64,000 nucleotides of DNA from Actinomycetota bacterium (GTDB taxonomy: Bacteria > Actinomycetota > Geothermincolia > Fen-727 > Anoxymicrobiaceae): positions 76,708-140,707 of the forward strand of contig JAHJCO010000059.1 in assembly GCA_018831265.1 (NCBI GenBank), in the 5' to 3' direction. Under the pieces are notes generated by a model, which saw only the letters and a program-made list of their open reading frames with translations, did no database searches and was not told the DNA's origin. Positions 27,180 to 37,220 of this stretch are shown here, piece by piece; within the stretch, counting starts at the first letter, position 1; every line of letters starts with the position of its first letter. The position numbers were made by a program, and so were the translations under genes.

Positions 27180-28434
27180 CCGGGGCTACCTCCACCACGA
27201 GCTCGCGGACCCCCTCCGAACCCCCGCCCGGGACCGAGGCCGGGATCATCGCCATCTCCGGGGGGTGCACCATCTTCGCCTTCCTGCGGCCGAGGGTCTC
27301 GCCGCCGGCCTTCACCGTCATCCTGACCGCCTTCTCCGGGTGCTCCACCCGGAAGTAGAAGTCTATGTCGCGCTCGAAGGAGCGGACGAGCTGCGGGACC
27401 ACGTACTTCACGTTCCTCCCCGGCACCACCGTCACGGGGGCCTTCCTGGGCCGGCCTTCGAGCACGCGCTCGGCGGCGCCCCTGCCGGCGATCTCGGCGC
27501 TGTGAGTGACGTAATCGACAAGGTCATAGACGTTGACCACGTTGCCACAGGCGAATATCCCGTCCACCGAGGTCTCCATGCGCTCGTCCACCAGGGGTCC
27601 GGCGGTCACGGGGTCGAGCCGCAGGTCGGCCCTCTTGGAGAGCTCGTTCTCCGGGATGAGCCCGACCGAGAGCATGAGCGTGTCGCAGGGGATGTGCCGC
27701 TCGCTGCCCGGGACGGGGAGGCGTTCCCGGTCGACGGCCGCGACGGTGACGCCCTCCACCCTCCCCGGCCCGTGTATGAAGGTCACCGTGTGCGACAGGT
27801 GGAGGGGTATCTCGAAGTCGTTCAGGCACTGGACGATGTTCCTGGTCAGGCCGCCCGGGTGGTCGAGTATCTCGTAGACCCCCTCGACGGTCGCGCCCTC
27901 GAGAGTGAAGCGCCTTGCCATGATGAGGCCGATGTCACCGGAGCCGAGGATCACCACTTTCCCGCCCGGCATGAGCCCCTCTATATTTATGTACCGCTGC
28001 GCGGCGCCCGCGGTGATCACCCCGGCGGGGCGGTAGCCCGGCAGCAGCACCTGGTGCCGGGTCCTCTCCCTGCATCCCATGGCGAGTATCACCGACCTGG
28101 GCTCGATGTCGACAAGGCCGTCGCGCGAGTTCATCGCCGTTATCCTGCGGTCGGGGGCCAGGTCGAGCACTATCGTCTCCAGCATCACCTCCACGTTGGT
28201 CCGGGCGAGCTCGTCCACGTAGCGCTGCGCGTACTGCGGCCCCGTGAGCGTCTCCTTGAACACTATCGAGCCGAAGCCGTCGTGTATGCACTGGGGGAGG
28301 ATCCCGCCCAGCTCGATGTCGCGCTCGATCAGCAGGACGTCGTCCAGCCCGGCGGATGAGGCTGCAAGCGCGGCGGCCAGCCCGGCGGGGCCACCCCCGA
28401 TCACCACGCAGTCAGGCCTGCGGACCTTACTCAT
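27169..28434 (-). CDS. FAD/NAD(P)-binding pyridine-nucleotide-disulfide-type oxidoreductase
   Basis: 'VVIGGGPAGLAAA' and second Rossmann 'VVILGSGDIGL'; ATGA overlap with upstream gene. Confidence 0.8.
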   Translation of the reverse strand: MSKVRRPDCVVIGGGPAGLAAALAASSAGLDDVLLIERDIELGGILPQCIHDGFGSIVFKETLTGPQYAQRYVDELARTNVEVMLETIVLDLAPDRRITAMNSRDGLVDIEPRSVILAMGCRERTRHQVLLPGYRPAGVITAGAAQRYINIEGLMPGGKVVILGSGDIGLIMARRFTLEGATVEGVYEILDHPGGLTRNIVQCLNDFEIPLHLSHTVTFIHGPGRVEGVTVAAVDRERLPVPGSERHIPCDTLMLSVGLIPENELSKRADLRLDPVTAGPLVDERMETSVDGIFACGNVVNVYDLVDYVTHSAEIAGRGAAERVLEGRPRKAPVTVVPGRNVKYVVPQLVRSFERDIDFYFRVEHPEKAVRMTVKAGGETLGRRKAKMVHPPEMAMIPASVPGGGSEGVRELVVEVAPDAE

Positions 28435-30002
28435 ACTGCGCCCCCATCGCCGTCCCGTCGCGAGGCACCGTCGAGAAGGCACTTCGCCGGGCCGACGAAC
28501 AGCTCGGAGCCGGGGCCCTTCTTGGTTATCTCGTGCCTGGGGACGCCGAGCTCCCGGGCGAGTATCTCGCTTATCCAGGGGGTGCAGAAACCGCCCTGGC
28601 ACCTGCCCATGCCCGCCCTGGTCCGCCGCTTCACCGCGTCCATGCTCCTCGCGGGCACCACACCGTGAATCGCGTTGACCACGTCGGCTTCGGTCACCTG
28701 CTCGCAGCGGCAGACTATGTGCCCGTGCCGGCGGTCGCGCTCGATGAGCGCCTCCTGCTCCGCGCGCTCGCAGTCGGCGAACATCCTCGGGGTCGGCCTG
28801 GCCTGATTGAAGTACGCGCGTTTTACCCGCGGGATGCCCAGGTCGTGCAGGATCTGCATGACCATCTCTGCCACAGCAGGCGCGGAGGCCAGGCCGGGGG
28901 ACTGCATGCCGGCGACGTTCACGAAGCCGGCGACCTCCTTCGAGGCGCCTATGATGAAGTCCTCGTCCTCGCTCGGCGCCCGGACGCCGGAGAACATCGC
29001 GATGACCGAATCCCTGGGGAAGTCGGGGAGCAGGTAGTGAAAGCGGTCGAAGATCTCCCGTATCTCGTCGCCCGAGATCGAGGTGTCCTCCTTATCGTCG
29101 ACCTCGATGGCGGTGGGGCCGAGCTGAAGGTTTCCTTCCAGGGTCGGCATCGCGCCCCCACCCTTTGAGGTGCGCTTCTTGCGCCCTGTGATGCGGAACT
29201 CCGCCACGCTTCCCTTCACGTACTCCCTGGTCGCCTCCCGGTCGAATATCAGGGTGGCGCCCTTCCTGCCGTGGATGCGGAAGCCGCCGGCGCCCGCCAT
29301 ATCCGCTATCTCGTCCGCGTAGACGCCCGCGGCGTTGACAACTATGCCGCACTCGATCTCGCCCGCGTCCGTGACGACGGCGCGAACGGCGCCGCCCTCG
29401 GTGCGGATCCCCGTGACGCGCGTGTCCAGACACAGGCGCGCGCCGTTGAGCACCGCGTGCTCCGCCAGCGCGATCGTGAGCTTGTAGGGGCTGACGAGGC
29501 CGTAGGTCCGGTCGTGGACCCCGACTATCGCGTCGCGCGTGACGTTGGGCTCCATCCGGAATATCTCGTCGCGGTCCACCACCGTGAGCCAGGGGATTCC
29601 CTTCCTGTTCCCGCTGCGGACGATGAGCCGCGGCAGGACCCTGCGGTTCAGGAAGTCGCACAGGAACCCGGGGGAGTACCTGGCCAGTCCCTCGGGAAGC
29701 GAGCGCGGGGTGATGACTATCAACAACCCCTGCCTCCTGAAGTCCACGTTCAGGCCCGACACGAAGTCGTCGTACATCTGGTTCCCCCGGACGTTCAGCC
29801 GCTGTTTGAGGGTGCCAGATTTTTCCCCTATGCCGCTGTGCACCTCGGCGTTGTTGGCCTTGCTGGTGCCGGAGGAGACGTCGCTCTCCTTGTCCAGGAT
29901 CACCACGTCGTGCGTGTAACGGGTAAGCTCGCGCGCGATGGAGCAGCCGATGACGCCCGCTCCTATCACCACGACCCCGGCCCGCCCGGGAAGCTCGTCC
30001 AA
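28431..30002 (-). CDS. FAD-dependent oxidoreductase, GlpA (anaerobic glycerol-3-phosphate dehydrogenase)-like, with BFD-like [2Fe-2S] domain
   Basis: 'VVVIGAGVIGCSIA' DAO fold; C-terminal 'CRCEQVT...GRCQGGFC'; probable TTG start at 30002 with GGAGG RBS; the track's 30 N-terminal codons are repeat-element DNA. Confidence 0.75.
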   Translation of the reverse strand: MDELPGRAGVVVIGAGVIGCSIARELTRYTHDVVILDKESDVSSGTSKANNAEVHSGIGEKSGTLKQRLNVRGNQMYDDFVSGLNVDFRRQGLLIVITPRSLPEGLARYSPGFLCDFLNRRVLPRLIVRSGNRKGIPWLTVVDRDEIFRMEPNVTRDAIVGVHDRTYGLVSPYKLTIALAEHAVLNGARLCLDTRVTGIRTEGGAVRAVVTDAGEIECGIVVNAAGVYADEIADMAGAGGFRIHGRKGATLIFDREATREYVKGSVAEFRITGRKKRTSKGGGAMPTLEGNLQLGPTAIEVDDKEDTSISGDEIREIFDRFHYLLPDFPRDSVIAMFSGVRAPSEDEDFIIGASKEVAGFVNVAGMQSPGLASAPAVAEMVMQILHDLGIPRVKRAYFNQARPTPRMFADCERAEQEALIERDRRHGHIVCRCEQVTEADVVNAIHGVVPARSMDAVKRRTRAGMGRCQGGFCTPWISEILARELGVPRHEITKKGPGSELFVGPAKCLLDGASRRDGDGGAV

Positions 30003-30018
30003 CTCGCCGCCTCCGTCC

Positions 30019-30093
30019 GGTGAAAAAAAACCTCTGAAAAAAAACCTCAGACCATTTCTTTCACCGAAAGAATACCTCAAACTGTTTTTCACC
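30019..30093. repeat. AT-rich palindromic repeat, family 3
   Basis: ggtgaaaaaaaacctctgaaaaaaaacctcagaccatttctttcaccgaaagaatacctcaaactgtttttcacc. Confidence 0.7.
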
Positions 30094-30222
30094 GCCGACG
30101 ATCAGTCAAAAGTCCACCCCTTCTGAAGATGGAGGCTCGAGGTTTCTTCTTTGAGTGTCCGTCCAGGATGAGCGGGCACGTGTTTGTGGTATAAGGAGAC
30201 GTTTTGTAACGGGCGGTGGTAG

Positions 30223-31155
30223 ATGGCGAGAGACTTCAAGGGCTGGTTCAACGAGACCCGCAGGGCGGAGCTGATGCTGATAGGCATCACCGTCATCTGG
30301 GGGCTTACCTTCGCGCTGGTCAAGCGGTCGCTGGACGACATAGCGCCGTTCACCTTCATGGCCTGGCGGTTCATGCTGGCCGCGGCGATCATGCTCGTCC
30401 TCTGCGCGCGGAAGTGGAAGGGCCTGGACCGCCGCATCCTGGTCGCCGGCCTGCTGCTGGGGGCGCTGCTGTACGGCTCCTACGCGTTCCAGACCTTCGG
30501 GCTGCAGTACACCTCCGCGGGCAACGCCGGCTTCATCACCGGCCTCTTCATAGTATTCACGCCGCTGCTCTCCGTGCTGTTCCTGAGGCACAGGCCCGGC
30601 GCCAAGTCCCTTCTGGCGGTGGGCATAGCGCTGTGCGGGCTGTGGGTGCTCTCCGTGCAACCGAACATGGGCATCAACAAGGGGGACGCGCTGGTACTGG
30701 CGTGCGCCTTCACCTACTCGGTGCACATCATCCTGCTGGACAGGTACGTGAAGGTGCACGACCTGGCGCTGCTCACCTTAATCCAGATGGTGGTGCTGGC
30801 GGTGGCCAACACCGGCTCGGGTCTGGTGTTCGAGGAGTTCATCCTCCCCCCCAACGCCTTCGTCTGGATGACGGTCATCATCTGCGGGGCGCTGGCCAGC
30901 GCGCTGGCGTTCTACGTGCAGGGGCACGCCCAGAAGGTGCTGACCCCGGTTCGGACCTCGATGGTGCTCATCATGGAGCCGGTCTTCTCCGTGGTGTTCG
31001 GCATCATCATCCTGGGGGAGTCGCTTTCCTGGCGGGGCGCCCTCGGCAGCGGGCTGATCTTCGCCGGGATGCTGCTTACCGAGCTGCCTGACGAAATTCG
31101 CATCGGGGTCAGACGCCGATGCGAAAAAGTCAATCCTTCAGAGCCCGGTAAATAG
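30223..31155 (+). CDS. DMT-superfamily (EamA) transporter
   Basis: 10 TM helices, two EamA repeats; last ~20 codons run into REP hairpin 31097-31125. Confidence 0.8.
   Translation: MARDFKGWFNETRRAELMLIGITVIWGLTFALVKRSLDDIAPFTFMAWRFMLAAAIMLVLCARKWKGLDRRILVAGLLLGALLYGSYAFQTFGLQYTSAGNAGFITGLFIVFTPLLSVLFLRHRPGAKSLLAVGIALCGLWVLSVQPNMGINKGDALVLACAFTYSVHIILLDRYVKVHDLALLTLIQMVVLAVANTGSGLVFEEFILPPNAFVWMTVIICGALASALAFYVQGHAQKVLTPVRTSMVLIMEPVFSVVFGIIILGESLSWRGALGSGLIFAGMLLTELPDEIRIGVRRRCEKVNPSEPGK
31097..31125. repeat. REP-like hairpin TTCGCATCGG-GGTCAGAC-GCCGATGCGAA
   Basis: Identical to 23418-23446; abuts the 3' end of the RAYT gene. Confidence 0.8.
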
Positions 31156-31861
31156 TCGCAGGATGGACACCGAGGTGCCCGGCCACTCCGGCGACGCTGA
31201 AGCCGCGATCTCTAATGGCACTCCTGATAACGTCGTTCCTCGCGCCGGCGTCCTTGGTGCCCTTGAGGAGTGAGTTCAGTATCAGCGCCTGGTCTTTCAT
31301 GCTGGAGGCTTCGTGAAGCCCCGCGAGAACGTACCCGGTGAATTCTTCACGCGCCCTGGAGGGATTGTCTGAGAAGCATCCGAGAACGAAAGAGGTCGTC
31401 AGGAAGTCGGGTTCAATACAGAGGCCGGCCGTGGCTGAGTAACTGCTCCACCTCCAGTTCTCCGGGGACCCAGCCATGCCTTCCTTGACTGGATTGAGAA
31501 AGATATAGCGGAACAAGGCAAACAGGTGACGCTCGTTCTCCACTAGCGGAGAAAGAAACCTGCCCTGAACGACATGTCCAATCCTCTTGTGCTTCCATGC
31601 GAAGTACCGGCAGTAGTTTCCGTTCAGCTGCTGCATTCCCTCAGAAAGGTTGGCCTCGGGCGTTTCGATCAGAATGTGATAGTGGTTTCCCATCAGGCAG
31701 TAAGCATGGCAGTTCCAACGGAAATCGCGGATCGTGCCAGCCAGTCCCTTGATGAACACGCGACGATCTCCGTTCGTCAGAAAGATCTTCTGTTTATCGT
31801 TCCCTCGGGACATGACGTGGTAGAAAGCCCCTGGGAACAGCTGTCGCGGCTGTCGCCCCAT
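31130..31861 (-). CDS. REP-associated tyrosine transposase (RAYT; IS200/IS605 Y1 HUH family) with C-terminal HTH
   Basis: HUH motif 'GNHYHILIE'; Y1 transposase fold length; C-terminal 'LGVHPATIYRALKD' HTH; flanked by palindromes (31097-31125 and gtgtgcaagttgcacac at ~31890). Confidence 0.85.
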   Translation of the reverse strand: MGRQPRQLFPGAFYHVMSRGNDKQKIFLTNGDRRVFIKGLAGTIRDFRWNCHAYCLMGNHYHILIETPEANLSEGMQQLNGNYCRYFAWKHKRIGHVVQGRFLSPLVENERHLFALFRYIFLNPVKEGMAGSPENWRWSSYSATAGLCIEPDFLTTSFVLGCFSDNPSRAREEFTGYVLAGLHEASSMKDQALILNSLLKGTKDAGARNDVIRSAIRDRGFSVAGVAGHLGVHPATIYRALKD

Positions 31862-31973
31862 GAAGCAATTCTAGCAAGCAAAACAAGCGTGTGCAAGTTG
31901 CACACCTGAAAAGGTCACGAATAATACTCCCGCCGTGTTTTTTTCGCAACGGCGTCTGGCACCATTGCGAAAG

Positions 31974-33143
31974 TCAGATCCAGCCGCGTTTCGCCATGAA
32001 GTTCACCAGCGGACGGCCCAGGCCCGACTTGTACAGGAGCGGAAGTCGCTTCACCGAGGCCTCGTCGTTGCCGCCCTTCATCAGGGGGGCGAGCTTGCCG
32101 AACCCCAGACCCCGGTCCCGGGCCAGCAGGGCCGTCATGTGCATCTGTCCCTCCGGCAGGACGAGGTCACTCGGCCTGGATATAAGGCTCATCGCCCCGC
32201 TGGGGCAGGTGGAGACGCACAGCCCGCAGCCGATGCACCTGTCGGGGTCCACCCGCATCGACCCCTCCCGCGAGACCAGCGCCTCCATCTGGCAGCGCTC
32301 GACGCAGGTCTCGCACTCGTTGCAGAGGTCCGAGTCGATGCGGGCCTGGAAGTTGGTGTAGACGGCCTCGGCCGGCCTCTCGTGCATCTTGAGGAGCTTG
32401 AGCACCCCGCAGCAGCACGAGCAGCAGCAGCATATGTTGATTATCTCCTTGCAGTTGGTCGGTGCGAGCACCAGGCCCGCCTCCTCCGCCCGATCGAGTA
32501 TCTTCAGGGCTTCGTCGACGTCGATCTTCCTGCCTTTGCCGTAGTCGACGTAGTACCGGGCGCCGAGCCCGAAGATGAGGCAGGACTCCAGCGGCTTGTC
32601 GCAGCCCCTGTCCACGAGGTGCTGGGCCTTGCGGCAGATGCAGTCGGCGACCGCGACCTCCGTCTGCCCCTTTACCATCTCACGGACCATGTCGTAGCTG
32701 CCTATGGTCGTGGTCGCCTCGACGGCCGAGTTCACCGGCACCACCCGGAACTGCTTGACCACCGTGTCCGCGAAGTACGGGTCTATCTCCTCCGCGAGCT
32801 CGACGTACTCCCTGTCGATGCTGTCCACGTGGAACTCGTGGATCCCCACAACGAACTGGGCCGCCTGGTAGAACCTGTCCTTCCCGCTCCTCAGGCTCAG
32901 TATGAGGCCCTTGCGCGCCATGGACTCGAGCTTCTGCTCCGCTTCGGCCGCGGGGATTCCCAGGCGCTTCGCGATAGCGCCGGCGGGCTCGGGGAACTGG
33001 CGGAGCTTCATGGTCAGCTCCGCCTCCTCCGGGGTGAAGAACTTCCGGAGTATATCCAGCTCTTTTCCGGTCGGGGTCTCGGGGTAGCCCCCCGGGAGCC
33101 TGTCGAGGAACTCTCGCAGTTCGACGTAAACGGTCTCTGCCAT
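31974..33143 (-). CDS. 4Fe-4S dicluster-domain protein with poly-Cys run (CCCCSCCC) and N-terminal wHTH-like region
   Basis: 'CNECETCVERC' and 'CIGCGLCVSTCP' ferredoxin motifs; 'NICCCCSCCCG'; start MAETVYVEL; the track's extension to 33272 is unsupported. Confidence 0.65.
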   Translation of the reverse strand: MAETVYVELREFLDRLPGGYPETPTGKELDILRKFFTPEEAELTMKLRQFPEPAGAIAKRLGIPAAEAEQKLESMARKGLILSLRSGKDRFYQAAQFVVGIHEFHVDSIDREYVELAEEIDPYFADTVVKQFRVVPVNSAVEATTTIGSYDMVREMVKGQTEVAVADCICRKAQHLVDRGCDKPLESCLIFGLGARYYVDYGKGRKIDVDEALKILDRAEEAGLVLAPTNCKEIINICCCCSCCCGVLKLLKMHERPAEAVYTNFQARIDSDLCNECETCVERCQMEALVSREGSMRVDPDRCIGCGLCVSTCPSGAMSLISRPSDLVLPEGQMHMTALLARDRGLGFGKLAPLMKGGNDEASVKRLPLLYKSGLGRPLVNFMAKRGWI

Positions 33144-33238
33144 GGGATCCCCCTTAGTCTTTGCGTGGTATGCAAATATAATACATGCGAGCGGCGGAAC
33201 GCCGCCAGCATTCGTCCCGCGAACGGAGGTGCCGTCCA

Positions 33239-33993
33239 TGCGACGCAACGGTAAGTACACATCGATAGCCATAGCGCTCCTCCTGGCCGCGGCGCTCGCG
33301 GCGGGCGGCTGCGGGGAGCAACCTTCACTGGCCTACGATTCTTCCGGCGGGAACGTGGTGGTGCAGGTGGAATCCGGCGGGGGGCTGGCGCCCTTCTACC
33401 TCGACACCGTGCCTTCCTTCCGCGCCTTCGGTGACGGTCGGGTCGTGAAAGCGGCGGACGATACCAGGAACAACAGCCTGCTACTGGAAGGAACGCTGGG
33501 GGACGGCGGGGTGGAGGGCCTGCTCGAGAGCATCGAGAAGGCGGGGTTTTTCGACCTGAAGGATTCCTACCGCGACGACAGGGTGATGGACGGGGTCACC
33601 GTGAGCGTCACCGTTTCGCTGAAAGACGGGAGGAAGAAGGTAGACGTCTACATGACCGAGGTGCCGGAGTTCGCCGCCACGCTGAAGGCCGTCAATGGAT
33701 TCCCGGTCACGGGCGAACACCCCTACGTCCCTGAAGAGGGGTATCTCTACGTCACCCGGCAGAACGAGCCGCCGAAGGACCCTCGGGTCCCACCGGACGA
33801 CATCGCCGCCCTGATACCCGGGGTACAGATACTCGAGCCGGCCGATTCCGCCAACGAGCCCGTGGTGGTCCCGGGCGGGGAATTCGTGAAGATAAAGGAG
33901 TGGGAGGTGACGCAGAAGTATTCGGGCCTGGACGTGCTGTCCGGAGGGACATGGTTCAAGGTCTACCCGGTGTACGAGAAGCGCGAGTACTAG
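33239..33993 (+). CDS. Lipoprotein, function unknown
   Basis: Signal peptide with lipobox 'LAAGGC'. Confidence 0.55.
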
Positions 33994-34070
33994 CGCGTAC
34001 GGACGCCCCGCGTGTCACTGGGACGGGCGATAATGATCGGTATGAAGAGACTCACGTCCCGGGAGTGTCT

Positions 34071-37000
34071 GTGAACTTCCAGAGCAACACCCTGGTCGAG
34101 GCCATCGCCTCGCTGTGCGCGGAAGAGCCGTTGAAGCCCAAGATCATAATCGCGCCCTCCAACCGGGCCGGGAACCAGTGGCTCGAGCGCGTCGCCATGT
34201 CGGGCCGTCCGGTCCTGAACGCCGGCTCCCGGACGCTCCGGGGGCTCGCCCTCGAGCTGTCCGCTCCCCTGCTGGTCGAGCGGGGGCTGCAGCTGGTGGG
34301 AGGCATCCGCGCACAGGTTCTGATGGACAGGGCCTTCGCCCGTATCTCCCCGAAAGAGCCTTACCTGTCTCGTCTCGAGCCGGGGCCGGGCCTGGTCCGC
34401 ACCCTGCTCGGAGCCGTGAGGGACCTTCGCCTCGCCGGGCTGGATGCGGACGCCGTCGACGAGCGCGCGTTCGAGGTGAGGTCCAAGGGCGCCGAGGTGA
34501 AGGCGCTCCTCGAGGCGTTCGAATCCGTGCTGGCGGAGGGCGGCTTAACCGACTACGCAGGGTGTCTCCGCCTTGCCGTCGAGCGCGTCACCTCCGATAG
34601 AGGGCTCCCGCTCGACTCCCTTGTGGCGATCCCCGCGGACCTCGAGGAGCGCCTGGCGGGCCTCGAACGCTCTCTCTGGTCGGCGATGCCTGAGAGCAAC
34701 CGTCGCATACTCGAGGTGGACCTGCCCGGCGACCCGAGCACCGACTCCTCGCGTCGTTACATGCTGAGCTTCGCCCTGCACCCCCAGACCGCGCCCGACC
34801 CCGGGCCGGACGGCGGCGGAGTCAGGATGTTCCGCGCGGTGGGCGAGGTCAACGAGGTCCGAGAGGTCTTCAGGCGGGTCGTCGAGGAGGGCCTGCCCTT
34901 CGACGACGTCGAGGTGTTGTACACCGAACCGGCAACGTACCTCCCGCTCCTGTTCGAGCTGGCCTCCCGCCAGGCGGCCGACGGGTCCGATGAGCTCCCG
35001 GTGACCTTCCTGGAGGGCGTCCCCACCCGGTACTCGAGGCCCGGAAGGGCACTGGCCGGGTGGCTGGAGTGGGTGAGGGGGGGCGATCTCCCCCAGGGTA
35101 CGCTGGTCCGCATGGTCCACGACGGGTTGCTCGAGATACCCGCGGTCGAGGGCGGCGATCTGAGCTTCGCGAGGCTGGGCGCGATACTACGGTCGGTGGC
35201 GATCGGGGCCGGGCGCGAGAGGTACCTGGCCTCGCTGGACTCGGAGGCCCGCGCCCTGACCTCGCAGATCGTGGGGCTGGACGAGGCGGAGGAGGAAGGG
35301 CGCGACGCGCGGAGACGTATCGGCCTCTCGGAGCGCCTGGAGGGCCTGGGCGCGCTGCGCGAGCTCATCGGCGGCCTCCTCGAGGTAGTCCCTTCCACCG
35401 GTGGGCAGGCGGAGGCGCTCAGCTCCGCGTCGCTGTTCCTCGAGAGGTACGCGAGGCACTCGGGGAAGTTCGACGAGTACAGCAGGGTGATACTGCTCGA
35501 CTCGGTGGCCGAGATCGAGCGGTGCCTCCAGGACGGCGAGGTTGCCGGCTTCGAACCCTGGAGCTGGCTCGATGAGGTGATCTCCTCGATCAGCGTCGAG
35601 GGATCGGGGCCTGCCCCGGGCCGGCTGCACACGGCCCCTGTGGACAAAGGCGGTCATTCCGGCCGCGGGCACACGTTCATCGTCGGCTTCGACGAGGCCC
35701 GGTTCCCCGCCGCGGGCAGGCAGGACCCCGTTCTGCTGGATGGCGAGAGAGAGCGGCTGTCGGACGATCTGCTCACGGGAGAAGCGAGGCTCACGCGCGA
35801 GCTGGAGCAGCTGATGCTGCTGTTCGCCCGGTTGAGGGGCGAGGTGACCTTGAGCTACTGCTGCCGGAGCCTCATCGACGATCGCGAGCTGTTCCCGAGC
35901 CCGGTGCTGCTGTCCGCCTACCGCGTGCTGGAGAAGCGCGACGGCGACCAGCAGGACCTGAACGCATACTGCGGGGACCCGGTCTCTTTCGCGCCGGCGT
36001 CGCCGGAGAGCGCCATCGACACCACCGAGTGGTGGCTTTCTCTCGCGTGCGGTCGGACCGACCGGCTGGTCCCGACCGGACTGGTCGTGGCGAGTTTCGG
36101 CCACCTGGGGCGCGGGATGAGGGCGCGCGAGATGAGGGAGAGCCCGGAGTTCACCGAGTACGACGGCTACGTGCCCGAGGCCGCCTCGGAGTGCGATCCC
36201 GCGCGCGAGGGGGCGAGGCCGCTCTCGGCGTCCGCCCTCGAGGAGCTCGCGAGGTGCCCGCTGGAGTATTTCCTCCACCGTGTCCTGCGCATAGATCCGC
36301 TCGAGGAGTACGAGATCGACCCCAACGAGTGGCTGGACGCCAGGCAGGTCGGCCACTTTCTCCACGGCTGCTTCAGGATCTTCCTCGAGCGCCTGGACGA
36401 GCGGGGCGAGCGCCCGAGCCGGGACGCCCACCTCGCCGAGCTGCGGCGCCTGTTCGACGATGAGCTCGCATACTGGCGGCGCGTGGTGCCTCCACACAAC
36501 GAGGCTTCCTACAAGGCCCAGGCCAGGATGCTCGAGCGCGCCGCCTGCATCTTCCTGACGGAGGAGGAGCTGCACTGCGTCGACAGGCGGCCTGCGTACT
36601 TCGAGGTCTCGGTGGGTCGGATGCCCGACCTGCCCGGGAGGCGAGGCAACGAGATAGACACCGCCGAGCCCGTGCTTGTCTCCCTGCCGAAGGGGATGGT
36701 CTTCCGCGCCCACGGGCAGATGGACAGGGTGGACGAGCTCCCTGGCGCACCCGAGGGCCGTCGCTTCGAGGTCTGCGACTACAAGTCGGGCGGCGCCGGC
36801 CGGTACGACGTCAACGACCCGTTCGCCTGCGGCCGTCACGTGCAGAACATCCTGTATACGCTGCTCCTGCAGAGCAGGCTCGACGAGCTCTTTCCGGGCG
36901 CGCGCGTAGAGGGTTTCAGCTACTACTTCCCCAGCCTGTACGGAAGGGGTGAGCGGGTGGGATGGACCATGGATGAGCTCGAGGCGGGGGAGACGGTCCT

Positions 37001-37220
37001 CGCGGATCTCTGTGCGATGCTCGCAACCGGCTGCTTCCCGTTCACCATCAACCCGAACCTCGACCTGACCTACAGCGATTTCGTCTTCGCGTACGGCGAT
37101 GTCGCCGATGCCGCCAGGCAGGCGAGAGTCAAGGTAGATAACCTCGCCAACGAGGCGCTGCTGCCTTACCGCGAGCTGCGCGCCCGCGAGCTGGACGAGG
37201 AACAGGAAGAGGGCGAATGA
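34071..37220 (+). CDS. addB: AddB/RexB-like PD-(D/E)XK nuclease subunit (no Walker A)
   Basis: GTG start with GGGAG RBS; C-terminal RecB-type nuclease motif 'FEVCDYKSG'; ~1050 aa; immediately upstream of and overlapping the AddA-like gene. Confidence 0.7.
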   Translation: MNFQSNTLVEAIASLCAEEPLKPKIIIAPSNRAGNQWLERVAMSGRPVLNAGSRTLRGLALELSAPLLVERGLQLVGGIRAQVLMDRAFARISPKEPYLSRLEPGPGLVRTLLGAVRDLRLAGLDADAVDERAFEVRSKGAEVKALLEAFESVLAEGGLTDYAGCLRLAVERVTSDRGLPLDSLVAIPADLEERLAGLERSLWSAMPESNRRILEVDLPGDPSTDSSRRYMLSFALHPQTAPDPGPDGGGVRMFRAVGEVNEVREVFRRVVEEGLPFDDVEVLYTEPATYLPLLFELASRQAADGSDELPVTFLEGVPTRYSRPGRALAGWLEWVRGGDLPQGTLVRMVHDGLLEIPAVEGGDLSFARLGAILRSVAIGAGRERYLASLDSEARALTSQIVGLDEAEEEGRDARRRIGLSERLEGLGALRELIGGLLEVVPSTGGQAEALSSASLFLERYARHSGKFDEYSRVILLDSVAEIERCLQDGEVAGFEPWSWLDEVISSISVEGSGPAPGRLHTAPVDKGGHSGRGHTFIVGFDEARFPAAGRQDPVLLDGERERLSDDLLTGEARLTRELEQLMLLFARLRGEVTLSYCCRSLIDDRELFPSPVLLSAYRVLEKRDGDQQDLNAYCGDPVSFAPASPESAIDTTEWWLSLACGRTDRLVPTGLVVASFGHLGRGMRAREMRESPEFTEYDGYVPEAASECDPAREGARPLSASALEELARCPLEYFLHRVLRIDPLEEYEIDPNEWLDARQVGHFLHGCFRIFLERLDERGERPSRDAHLAELRRLFDDELAYWRRVVPPHNEASYKAQARMLERAACIFLTEEELHCVDRRPAYFEVSVGRMPDLPGRRGNEIDTAEPVLVSLPKGMVFRAHGQMDRVDELPGAPEGRRFEVCDYKSGGAGRYDVNDPFACGRHVQNILYTLLLQSRLDELFPGARVEGFSYYFPSLYGRGERVGWTMDELEAGETVLADLCAMLATGCFPFTINPNLDLTYSDFVFAYGDVADAARQARVKVDNLANEALLPYRELRARELDEEQEEGE

